Counted from the stretch's first letter, positions 12,612 to 23,839 are shown. The stretch is DNA of 33,735 bases from Octopus bimaculoides (GCF_001194135.2 NC_068989.1:13090098-13123832); one strand, 5' to 3'. The notes: a model not told the origin generated them from the letters alone. A program made the numbers and translations.

Positions 12612-12870
12612 ACCATATTGGGTTTTACTGCAGAGGTGGGCAGTCCTTGTCAGCACCATCTTTTTTATTATTCTGATACATGGGTCTCCTGGGATCTTAT
12701 CTAAATGTTTACTGTTCTCAATGCACAAATTATTATAGCCACGACCTCTACCGTTCGCATGCTGTAAATACTTCCTATTTCAAATTTTAAGACTATACCA
12801 GAGACTATTTTATAACATGTCTGGCATCCCAGAGCAAGCCTCAGGCACTGCCTACATGACATAATCAACT
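12612..12870 (-). mobile_element. R4/Dong-like non-LTR retrotransposon, C-terminal RLE fragment
   Basis: Minus-strand LKFEIGSIYSMRTVEVVAIIICALRTV (12790-12710) and DKIPGDPCIRIIKKMVLTRTAHL (12701-12633) match the RLE-element C-terminus pattern EI.R.W...V..VPIIIGALG.V...KIPG...I..IQK.VL.GTAHIL. Confidence 0.8.
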
Positions 12871-13051
12871 AAAAATGGGACAAGACCGTTATGAGGGAAA
12901 CGCCTGTTGATTGTGCTAGGGCACGAGACGTATACAAAATGAGTGACATGCTCTCAGCACATGAAACTGATAGTAGCATATAAAACATATATAGTGTTTA
13001 TTAAATAAAAAAGTATAACTCACTAGATTAGGTAGGCAGTACACTATTATG

Positions 13052-13112
13052 TGCGTACGTGTGTGTGTGCGTACGTGTGTGTGTGCGTACGTGTGTGTGT
13101 GCGTGTGTGTGT
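13052..13112. repeat. 16-bp higher-order repeat (gtgcgtacgtgtgtgt)x3 within (GT)n
   Basis: Direct reading. Confidence 0.9.
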
Positions 13113-13648
13113 GTCTGGGTGTTTGTATTTGGATTTGTTTGGATGTGGGTGCGTACCACATCAATCATTAATATTATGTGCTAAAACATACATGAACTAT
13201 GTGGTGACTAAGGTTGTCCTGTATCTGACATAATCCGAATCTGATACGAGAGTTGTAAAAACAATACTTCCAAATTTTACTAGAGCGCGCTATAGTATCC
13301 TATTCCTCCTATTGTAAATAACAATAAACATTTAACAGCAAACATAGATAACAGAATTAATATCTCCTATCATAAACCATACCGAGGAATCAAGATATTT
13401 TATTGCAAATTCTATGTTAAAAATAGTTACCTTCAAGACAAAAATACTAACGCAATATCTTTTCTTTTCATGAATCACTAGTTTTAATACTTTTATGTAC
13501 TCAGGGTTTTTTTTTTCTAAACAAGAGGCTTCATAATAATCTTCGGACATTTTTTTTTCATTAGAATATTTCAGAATTTTTCGTACGACTTTTTCTTATT
13601 AAAAGTTTCATAGACAGACTTATTTAGAAAATTCTATTGAAAATTTAC

Positions 13649-13714
13649 CTAGTATATACTATTTCTGCTGTGGAGTTCTTTATAAATGAACCACTTGGTT
13701 GGTTCTTCACCTTT
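13649..13714 (-). other. Candidate 66-nt exon (KVKNQPSGSFIKNSTAEIVYT), unknown gene
   Basis: Acceptor ttctctttcttgcag|, donor tag|gtaaat, open phase 2-2 frame. No recognised homology. Confidence 0.25.
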
Positions 13715-13927
13715 CTGCAAGAAAGAGAATCGTTTTGGAAGAAATCCATTACACACACACACACACACATCTTTCTGAAGAATATCTACGTTAAGGAAGA
13801 TATAAAGATTGCCATTCGACATTGCTGCTGACTCTGTCACTAATATCTATTTTTTAAAGAAGCGTGCTGGCAATTTCAGACATCAGTAACTGGAAAATCA
13901 CTGTAATCCTATCTAGGTGTTGATGAA

Positions 13928-13990
<63 letters not shown>

Positions 13991-14100
13991 AAGAAGAAGA
14001 AGAAGAAGAAGAAGAAGAAGAAGAAGAAGAAGAAGAAGAAGAAGAAGAAGAAGAAGAAGAAGAAGAAGAAGAAGAAGAAGAAGAAGAAGAAGAAGAAGAA
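13928..14100. repeat. (TAG)21(GAA)37 compound microsatellite
   Basis: TAG at 13928-13990, GAA at 13990-14100. Confidence 0.98.
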
Positions 14101-14604
14101 TCTGCAATAGTAGCATCAACAGCAGTGAAAATGACAGGAAACATAATCTTATAATATAAACCAGGCATTTAAAAACCATTTTTTTCTATACAAAAGAACT
14201 CGGTGCTTAAATCTAGGTGGCAGTATAACACTACAAAAGCCTGGCCTGAACATCTGGATTTTTCAATATTCAATTTTTTGTTTGCCAAGTAGGAAGTCGT
14301 GTGAAGAGAGAAATGTTACATGTTTATACTACAACTACATACATCAAAATAAACGCGGTGAAAAGCATGTATATTCTGATATCAGCAAATATACGTACAT
14401 CTATAAGAATATACACATGATGGCACTCATACAAATATATCTATACACTCTCGAGGTCATGGGCGTTTGTTTAAATATATACTTGTATATACTCATACAA
14501 ACACATATACTCAAAACTTGAGGCACACACATACACGTTGTCATACACGTACGTATACAATATGCATTTAGGTAAATACAAATATACATATATCTGTAAA
14601 TATA

Positions 14605-14605
14605 T

Positions 14606-14675
<70 letters not shown>

Positions 14676-14748
14676 CGTTCATACGTACACTCACGGGAGC
14701 GCACATACACGCGCACACATACACAGACACACACATACACAGACGTGT

Positions 14749-14782
<34 letters not shown>

Positions 14783-14812
14783 GTATGTATGTGTCTATGT
14801 ATGTATGTATGT
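14605..14812. repeat. (TA)n(GT)n...(TATG)n compound microsatellite
   Basis: Direct reading. Confidence 0.93.
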
Positions 14813-15956
14813 GAGCTCACACATTCTCTCCTTCTTCTTCTTCAAGAGGGCGGAAATGAGATTCATTTCAGCGCGATCAGATTTTCATGTTGTCTATCCC
14901 TGCCAATAACATCAGTGTACCTCAGTCTTCTTTGATTTATACCGAATACTGAAAAATACAACATTTCCTATGGCCTTGTATTCAGCTCAGTAGGCGATGT
15001 TCCTTCCTTGCACTGACCAGCAACAGTAGAGAATGTGTCCAATGTACTCAATGCTCAGATTTCGTTCGTTTGGCCTTGCTCTCCACAACACTTTTCCACA
15101 CTCAGCTTGAATCTCGTGTGCCTATCATCATCGTGTGTCGCATCTCGCCAACGTAAAAAGACTTGTTGACTCTTAATATATTCTACCCCGCATGAGATTG
15201 TCGACTCTCTCACCACCTTATATGAAATTTTTTCAAGTTTAGTGCGAAGAACGGTCTATCAAGCCAAAGAACTTCCAATTGCTAGAGAAATAGTTCATAG
15301 GCACACCCAGTGTATTTTTATCGCTTTGTGGTTGAGGTGGATTAAATATTTTTGAAAATCCTTTCCCTATTTAAGAGAAAGGCCTCACGAAGTGCAAAGT
15401 GATCTAGAATTTAACAGAATCTTTAATCCTCTAACTTTGACTAAGCTGATGATGTTGCTCACATGACGTATTGATTGAGTGCTACAGAGAACCTCACTTT
15501 GTTTATCAATGCGAGGAAGATTGGCTACATCACCATTAAAGAGGATGAAAGTCACTGGCCAATTTGTTCCAACAATAGCACAATACTCAATATGAATTTT
15601 GCCTTGAAGTTCTTTGGTTTCTATGTTACTGATAATAAGAATATTTTTCTGAATCATAAGGGACAAGCTTGAAGTAATCTAAAATGCTCCATTTCGTTAT
15701 ATTTCCACTATTTTATTGTTTCGTTCAGATCAACATCACCATCTCCTTCGTTAGTGCAAACACTAAACTGTTTTCTTCCGTCAGTAACTACAAAAGAACA
15801 ACCACTGTCTCTTAAATGGGTCCCCAGCGTATTTTCACACGAAATATATTCACATTCGTCCAGTTCATCACTTTTACATACACACATATACAAATATGCG
15901 CGCATATGTGAGTGAGTGTCTTTGTATATATATGTATATATATATATATATATATA

Positions 15957-16154
15957 NNNNNNNNNNNNNNNNNNNNNNNNNNNNNNNNNNNNNNNNNNNN
16001 NNNNNNNNNNNNNNNNNNNNNNNNNNNNNNNNNNNNNNNNNNNNNNNNNNNNNNNNNNNNNNNNNNNNNNNNNNNNNNNNNNNNNNNNNNNNNNNNNNNN
16101 NNNNNNNNNNNNNNNNNNNNNNNNNNNNNNNNNNNNNNNNNNNNNNNNNNNNNN
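15957..16154. other. Assembly gap (198 N) within (TA)n
   Basis: N run. Confidence 1.
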
Positions 16155-16191
<37 letters not shown>

Positions 16192-16992
16192 GTGTCCATG
16201 TATGTCTATGTGTATTCATGCAGAGAGAGAGAGAGAGAGAGAGAGAAGGGGAGAAATTTAGGGAGGAAGGGGAGAAAGAAAAAGTATGAGATATCACTAC
16301 AAATCCTAATTTCATTATAAGTATAAATGCACATAACAGGTGTGTAATAAGTCAGTGCCTCAATGTTTATTGAGAGCATAAACAAATATAATTATGTTGA
16401 ATTAATTAGATTGTATTAAACAGTAAAATATATTTTGCCGTTCAGTAGACTCGAAATAAATTATTGCTGAATTAAAAGGCTTTCTTTTCGCCAAACTGTA
16501 CTTGAAGACGGATATTATATATAATAATATTCTTTTGAACTATTTTTAAGTCTGTGTCCCAAATCTCTTTTAATGTTCCCTTCTCTCAATCTCTTTGGAA
16601 TAGAACTATGCAATTATTCTTTCTCACTCAATTTCTTTTTACATATTAAGACATTTGATACCAAATGATGTAGCCGCGCTTCAAAGAAGCTCTATGGAAG
16701 CATTTGAAATATCTTCTACTAAAGCTTTGCGTTCGTCCCTGAACCTTAGAAATAAAATATCGCTTTCATAAAAAAATTAAAAAATTGCGAAATATCCCAA
16801 CGGTCTCGAAATGCCAGTGTTATTAAATTCTATATCGCAGTAATTGTATCAGATGATTAAGTTGAAATACAAGTGTCTGTGGAAGAGGCAGTCATTTACA
16901 GCATAGGTTTGCTGTTCAGGTAATCAAACTATTAAGATATAGGATTTTGAACTAATGGATAAATCATTCATGTTATTATATGTACATATTTC

Positions 16993-17207
16993 AAGGCAGT
17001 GAACTTACAGAGCTGTTAGCACGCCGGACAGAGCTGTTAGCACGCCGTCCGTCTTTACGTTCTGAGTTCAAATCCCACCGAGGTCGAGTTTGCCATCTAT
17101 ACTTTCGAAATCGATGAAAGAAGTACCAGTTATGTACTTGGGTCGATGTGATCGACCAGCCCCCTCGACCAAAGTTATAGGCCTTGTGCCTATAGTAGAA
17201 AGGATTA
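16993..17207 (+). mobile_element. SINE family A with 17-bp TSD and internal 20-bp duplication
   Basis: Body cgttctgagttcaaatcccaccgaggtcgag..aagtaccagtt..ggtcgatgtgatcgacc..ggccttgtgcctatagtagaaaggattat. Flanks attatatgtacatattt (16975-16991) and attatatatacatattt (17204-17220). Confidence 0.93.
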
Positions 17208-17691
17208 TATATACATATTTTTATTGAATTTGTATACAGTTATACATCAGCATCTCACTGCTATAGCAAACATTTTAACAGCTAGAAGTAGTACCGTTCT
17301 CATGGCAGGGACAAGCTTGTAATTTTAGTTTATGTAGAAGAAATCGAACTTGCATTTCAGCATCCTTAAACAAGAAGAAATTAAGTAGCGGTGGAGACTC
17401 TGCTTGTTCATGAAGACCCAACTCTATTATATACACTTTTGAGATTGGAATTCATTTAATATTGCACGTGTGCACTTATGCACATACAATCACACATGTG
17501 TTAGTAGCACTTGTGTACTCATGTACGTGCACGTGTCTGTCCAAGCATGGCACGTGGGTATTGTACATAACATATACAAGTTTTTGCTCTTAATCCTCTG
17601 CCTGCAACTGTATGTATAAACATATGTATTTCCATGAATTTAAACGTATATGAGTTATATATAAGCTTATATACATATGTGTGTGTTCGTT

Positions 17692-17694
<3 letters not shown>

Positions 17695-17754
<60 letters not shown>

Positions 17755-17776
17755 NNNNNNNNNNGTGTGTGTGTGT
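17695..17776. repeat. (GT)n microsatellite containing a 10-N gap (17755-17764)
   Basis: Direct reading. Confidence 0.97.
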
Positions 17777-17812
17777 AATGACTCAATGCAATTACGTAAT
17801 TATTATATTTAT

Positions 17813-17881
17813 TTGGCAGAATCGTGTGCCAGAAGAAATATGTTGTGTTCAGTTCCGTCTTTTGAAGGACCGAGTTCAAAC
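17813..17881 (+). mobile_element. Very diverged SINE family A head
   Basis: tggcagaatcgtgtgccag..aaatatg..tccgtctttt..ccgagttcaaa resembles the A- and B-box region of family A. Confidence 0.5.
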
Positions 17882-18042
17882 ATAGCTCACGTTCGTTAAA
17901 ATATGACACCCTCAATCCAATATACTTCCCTTGTATCTAAATTGCTTGAGCAGAGAGGTCTCGAATAAGGACGAAATGACTTTAGCAAATTTAGCTGATT
18001 CATTCACCGACTGACTGATTGCTGTTTAGTATTGGCATAAGG

Positions 18043-18150
18043 AAGGCAGCGAAGTGGCAAGATTGTTAGGACGCCTGGCAAAACGCTTCGCAGCGTTCTG
18101 AGTTCAAATCCCACTGTGGTCAACTTTGCATGTCATCCTTTCGGGGTCAA
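18043..18150 (+). mobile_element. Older SINE family A copy interrupted by a younger copy
   Basis: aaggcagcgaagtggcaagattgttaggacgcctggc..cgttctgagttcaaatcccactgtggtcaactttgcatgtcatcctttcggggtcaa. It resumes as tactggggccga at about 18424-18435. Confidence 0.88.
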
Positions 18151-18183
18151 TAAGATGTGTACGGGGGAAATAAGATGTGTATA

Positions 18184-18418
18184 AAGGCGGCAAACTGGCA
18201 GAAGCATTAGCACGCCGGGCGAAATGTTTAGCGGTTTTTCGTCTGCCGTTACGTTCTGAGTTCAAATTCCGCCGAGGTCGACTTTGCCTTTCATCCTTTC
18301 GGGGTCGATAAATTAAGTAGCAGTTACGCACTGGGTTCGATGTAATCGACTTAATCCCTTTGTCTGTCCTTGTTTGTCCCCTCTATGTTTAGCCCCTTGT
18401 GGGCAATAAAGAAATAAG
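18184..18418 (+). mobile_element. Full-length young SINE family A (tail ...gtttagccccttgtgggcaataaagaaataag)
   Basis: A-box-like tggcagaagcattag and B-box gagttcaaattcc; complete body; 15-bp direct repeat gaaataagatgtgta at 18167-18181 and 18411-18425. Confidence 0.97.
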
Positions 18419-19179
18419 ATGTGTACTGGGGCCGACAAGGTAAATGCTGAGGTCAACAATGTGAGTGGTGGGGTAACTGGACATCAGAAACCATGCAAAC
18501 TAAAATGCAATACACGCATACACACACATACACACACACATATGTATATACGCACGCACGCAAACATACACAAAACCACCAACTACATTACCTTCAAAGA
18601 AAAACAGTGATATCGGTGAGAGAAAATACCAGAATATTAGGACAATGACACGCTCTTTGAAAGATATAAAGCAAAAATCACTTTATTCCATGAAGATACA
18701 TTTAGAATCGATCATAATTTTGATATTCCCTCGAAAGCGACTTCGATTACGCGTTCAAGCTGCCTCAGCGGTAACCGCCCTCCATTAAAACAACACCCAA
18801 TATAGCAGTTCGCAACAGCATATTTTACATATGGAGAAAACCACCAGTTTTTCAGGTTGACAACAAAGCGAAAAGGTCTAAAGGAATCGAATATGATAAG
18901 CTAGGTGCCTATTTCAGGTAGATCGATATGAACATAGAATTTTCGCTGAAGAATGTTCCAATGCAAAAATGATGTATAATTCTGAGAACACTTTAGACCT
19001 GTTCATATTCAAGAAGCTTGTAATGTGGCTACTGATGAGTACCTAGAGCAGTCGCTATGCTATAATTTCCTGTATCAAATGCTATTCGGTAATTTTGATT
19101 TTCTCCGCAACTAAAATAGATATGCTATTCGTAACATCATGTTAGAAAAATTTCCAACGAAATTGGGTTCACTATATGA

Positions 19180-19220
<41 letters not shown>

Positions 19221-19540
19221 NNNNNNNNNNNNNNNNNNNNNNNNNNNNNNNNNNNNNNNNNNNNNNNNNNNNNNNNNNNNNNNNNNNNNNNNNNNNNNNN
19301 NNNNNNNNNNNNNNNNNNNNNNNNNNNNNNNNNNNNNNNNNNNNNNNNNNNNNNNNNNNNNNNNNNNNNNNNNNNNNNNNNNNNNNNNNNNNNNNNNNNN
19401 NNNNNNNNNNNNNNNNNNNNNNNNNNNNNNNNNNNNNNNNNNNNNNNNNNNNNNNNNNNNNNNNNNNNNNNNNNNNNNNNNNNNNNNNNNNNNNNNNNNN
19501 NNNNNNNNNNNNNNNNNNNNNNNNNNNNNNNNNNNNNNNN
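19221..19540. other. Assembly gap (320 N) within (TA)n
   Basis: N run. Confidence 1.
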
Positions 19541-20139
19541 ATATATATATATATATATAATTTTGGCTACATATATATATATATGCAAATATCTTGGTTA
19601 CACACATATATACATACATATATCCATACATATATATAGATATGATCATACGATGAAAGACGGCATTAATGCGGAACTAGAGAGAAAGATGGAGAACATG
19701 ATTGAGAAAAAGAAAGAAACAGAGTGAGAATTTCTGTTACGTTTAAAGTAATCACCATGCCTTTGTAAAATTCTGTTTAATTTCCAAAGGCCCATCTGAT
19801 GGTGTAGGTTTGTATCATAAACAAGTATTAATTGTCATCGATATGATATCTGCAATATTTATCTAATATTATTGGCTATTCTTGAACATATTTATATTGT
19901 GTTATATTCTCTCATATAATACGATATATTTGTATAATAAACTGGTGCTATCATCTTGAAATATGAGTTGCAATGAAGAATGAGTAGTTTACGTAAGAAG
20001 CAAATATTGTAAATTAATATTAGCACAATATTTCTGAGGAGGAAACGACTCAAATAATGTTTCCATCATGAATTTGTGTGCTACACGTATGCAGATATAA
20101 GTGTCGTTGTTTTCATAATGATGTTGTTCAAAACGAGGA

Positions 20140-20242
20140 CGATGGTGACGACGTCGGCAATGATAACGACGAAGATGATGGTGATGATGATGATGATGAT
20201 GATGATGATAATGATGATGATGATGATGATGACGATGATGAC

Positions 20243-20277
<35 letters not shown>

Positions 20278-20691
20278 CGATGATGATGATGATGATGATG
20301 ATGAATATGATGATGATGATGATGATGATGATGTTGGTGGTCGTGGTGGTGGTGGTGGTGATGATGATGATTATGATGATGATGATGATGTTGGTGNNNN
20401 NNNNNNNNNNNNNNNNNNNNNNNNNNNNNNNNNNNNNNNNNNNNNNNNNNNNNNNNNNNNNNNNNNNNNNNNNNNNNNNNNNNNNNNNNNNNNNNNNNNN
20501 NNNNNNNNNNNNNNNNNNNNNNNNNNNNNNNNNNNNNNNNNNNNNNNNNNNNNNNNNNNNNNNNNNNNNNNNNNNNNNNNNNNNNNNNNNNNNNNNNNNN
20601 NNNNNNNNNNNNNNNNNNNNNNNNNNNNNNNNNNNNNNNNNNNNNNNNNNNNNNNNNNNNNGGTGGTGATGATGATGATGATGATGATGAA

Positions 20692-20722
<31 letters not shown>

Positions 20723-20760
20723 TTGGTGGTGGTGGTGGTGGTGATGATGATGATGATGAA

Positions 20761-20791
<31 letters not shown>

Positions 20792-20807
20792 TTGGTGGTG
20801 GTGGTGG

Positions 20808-20862
<55 letters not shown>
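20140..20862. repeat. (GAT)n/(GGT)n array with higher-order structure; includes gap 20397-20661
   Basis: Direct reading. It is the source of the poly-D, poly-M and poly-I ORFs. Confidence 0.97.
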
Positions 20863-20865
<3 letters not shown>

Positions 20866-22189
20866 TACGACGGTAATGATAATAACGTTGACGACCATGA
20901 TGGTGATGATGATCATCAATTAATTGATTTTTGTCATGTCCTATCAGGTCAACATTTGTTCTATTTCTGTAATGTCAGGGCGATTCTAGAACTCCCTCTG
21001 CCCTTACTGCCACTGCTTCTACCCCTGTTGCTGCTGCTGGTGCCGCTGCTTCTGTTGTTGCTGCCTTTATTATTGATATTATTTCGGTTGATACATTTAT
21101 TTTCTTTCTTATTGCTCATGTTGTTTCGTTGATATTGTTGTTGTTGTTACAATTTTACTATTGTAGTTATGGTGCCGTCTTCATTGAGAGGCTTCATTTT
21201 AACCAGTTACTCTTCTAGTTGAACTTGCTGTCGATGTTGATACAACATATTCTCATGCTCGAGGCAACTACTCAACGACTTAGAGTAGAGGTGATGAGAA
21301 CTGCAACATCAAGTAATACTTGTCAGTTTTATTCTAACCCCTAACAATTTATAATATTGAAATACGCTTCAATATGTCACATTTTCTATGTATTTTTATA
21401 TGATTAAGTTCTATGCTGAATAGAAAATTTGCTTGAAACAGGGAAGGAAATACAAAACAAAATGATATTCGGAAGCAACAATACTGCAACTCCAATGATG
21501 CTTGTGAACATGTGAAGTGTGGTTCTGAGCAAGCTGGAAGACTGGACCATAGAATGCATCTATTGACGGTTGCTGTTACGTAGATTTTAAGCGACAAGGC
21601 AACAGAGATGCACTGTGATACATGATACTTCATGATCTTTGACAACTATATCTGGTCTATTTGCCTTAATTTCTCTATCTGTGTGTATTGACATATCCCA
21701 GAGTATGGTTGCTTTCTCGTTTTCTGTTACCTTTTTTGGCGTGTGTTTATACCATCTTTTTTCTGTTGTTATTCCGTAGTGTTGGCATAGCTTCCAGTTT
21801 ATATAGGTCCCAGCTCTGTCGTGTCTATGAATATATTGATGTTAATTACACCACTTCAAGTTGGTGACTGGTTATTAATACGACACACCTGAAGCTATCA
21901 GACAAGATATATTTTATAGCAAATACAAAAAAAAAAAAAAATTGTTAAATGCTTTACTTTCAAACTCGTTGCAACTTCTAGAGAAAATTTCAATTGCAAG
22001 CCATTTTGAATAACTATAACAAAATTAACTATATTTTGTAATGAGTTCTATTCTATTCCTTATTTTGTTATTATTAAGATAGTTATTACCATCGTACTTC
22101 TTTAATTCCCAGTCGACTCTGATCAAGCAGACTTGTAATCAAACGCATTAGGACCATTACTGCAATGTTGTTTTCTTTTTTTTTTCCAG

Positions 22190-22242
22190 AAAATTTGATA
22201 CGGACGATATTATCCAACGAGTACAAACCTGAAGAGTTTAGA
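22190..22242 (+). other. Candidate 53-nt exon (ENLIRTILSNEYKPEEFR), unknown gene
   Basis: Acceptor gttttcttttttttttccag|, donor aga|gtatgt, single open frame (phase 1 to 0). No recognised homology. Confidence 0.3.
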
Positions 22243-22929
22243 GTATGTTTTGAGAGTGATTCGGCTTCTTTTTCTAGCACATTTCGTGGAAATAGAATAA
22301 AATCTTTCATGAAATTGCTTTTCTTTATTCAGTTTTACTGTCACTTGGGCTGTGTGATATGCAAGGCAGCACTGACTTATGTTGATAGATAAGTTTAATG
22401 ATAATGATGAAGAATTCACTTGGAGATACAATGAAAGTAATTATATATTTAATAGTATCGTCCTCATAGGAATCTCGGGTCTCATGTCAGTTAAAGTTGG
22501 ATAAATTCAGTTAATTGTTTTGTCGATGAAGAAACGTGAAAGAAGTGGTGGAAAATGAAATCATTGCAGTTACAGATGTGTTGATAAAGATTGCTGTGGA
22601 GGCAAACAAGACAATAGATAACCTGCTATTATTTCTTGTTTATGATACCTGTAGCATTTGGGATCTTATCTCAACAAGTGATATCATTTCGTAGAAACGT
22701 TACATATTTCCAGAACGAAAATCATAATTTGCCTACGTTTGTCTTTTCTATGGAATCACGTGATTTCTATCTTATACGTGTTAGTTATGGCTCTGAGAAT
22801 CTTTAAATTTCCATAATATTACATTTATGCATTTTAAATTTTGAAGCATTTAGGCATCTTCCAGAATGAAAAGGATTACACATATATAAAGCGGAATACG
22901 TTTGTATGCGCGGATATGTATATATAAAT

Positions 22930-23127
22930 NNNNNNNNNNNNNNNNNNNNNNNNNNNNNNNNNNNNNNNNNNNNNNNNNNNNNNNNNNNNNNNNNNNNNNN
23001 NNNNNNNNNNNNNNNNNNNNNNNNNNNNNNNNNNNNNNNNNNNNNNNNNNNNNNNNNNNNNNNNNNNNNNNNNNNNNNNNNNNNNNNNNNNNNNNNNNNN
23101 NNNNNNNNNNNNNNNNNNNNNNNNNNN
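22930..23127. other. Assembly gap (198 N)
   Basis: N run. Confidence 1.
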
Positions 23128-23135
23128 TATATGTC

Positions 23136-23178
<43 letters not shown>

Positions 23179-23514
23179 GCTGTATGGACTTTTGGGATTT
23201 CAATTCATGCGACATGATAAAATATATTTCAGCCTCTAAGTTGGCATGACATGAAATTGATAAAGATAATATCTCCTTAATAGAAAACCTATTTATAAAT
23301 ATCGACATTTTCACCTCACTGGCCGGCAATCCTTCTTTCGTCTGTCATGTAAAATCCAATTTTATTTTAGGTATTAAATGAACTACATGCAGACATATGT
23401 ACATACGCATAAGTATATGAAAGTATTTAAATAAACAATTGAGTATAGTTATTTGAAGTTGTTGGTTTAAAGAAATTTATAATAATGATGATGACAGCAA
23501 CAACAACAACGGTA

Positions 23515-23642
<128 letters not shown>

Positions 23643-23794
23643 AGTGCTTATAATGCTGACTGTTGTCTTCGGGGCAGTAGTTCATTAATTACAGTATGAA
23701 AATGCCAATTAAAATGCGATTCTTTAACTTAATTGGATTTTAAATTAAAAGAGGAAAATTAAACACTATGTATATGTGTTAGTCTCTATTTTCA

Positions 23795-23838
<44 letters not shown>

Positions 23839-23839
23839 G

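Noticed and set aside
13854-14179. Poly-S/T/L/R ORFs (also the poly-D/M/I/L ORFs at 20076-20923, 23485-24063 and 25446-25819)
   Set aside because: These are translations of trinucleotide microsatellites with no flanking coding signal.
15385-15672. Overlapping 93-aa (-) and 65-aa (+) ORFs; possible RTE C-terminal remnant (GTNWPVT, SEVL)
   Set aside because: The similarity is too weak to call by eye, and there are no convincing splice signals or recognisable domain.
18184-18270. tRNA gene (A-box and B-box present; also 1495-1550 and the B-box-like gttcgaac at about 2764-2772)
   Set aside because: There is no cloverleaf or anticodon arm, and the boxes are heads of multicopy SINEs. The 2764 match is isolated.
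18997-19088. Plus-strand exon-like PVHIQEACNVATDEYLEQSLCYNFLYQMLF
   Set aside because: The pyrimidine tract is weak and it does not fit a TSP1 or other Cys pattern.
8629-21237. Exact 16-mer aacttgctgtcgatgt at 8629 and 21222
   Set aside because: The flanks do not align, and one such match in 34 kb is within plausible chance.
21440-21640. Possible LINE remnant (IDGCC.., ..EDWTI, C..C)
   Set aside because: It is ambiguous between RTE and R4 zinc-knuckle readings, with too few matching residues.
22754-22765. Perfect palindrome aatcacgtgatt (TCACGTGA E-box)
   Set aside because: A single isolated site with no supporting context.
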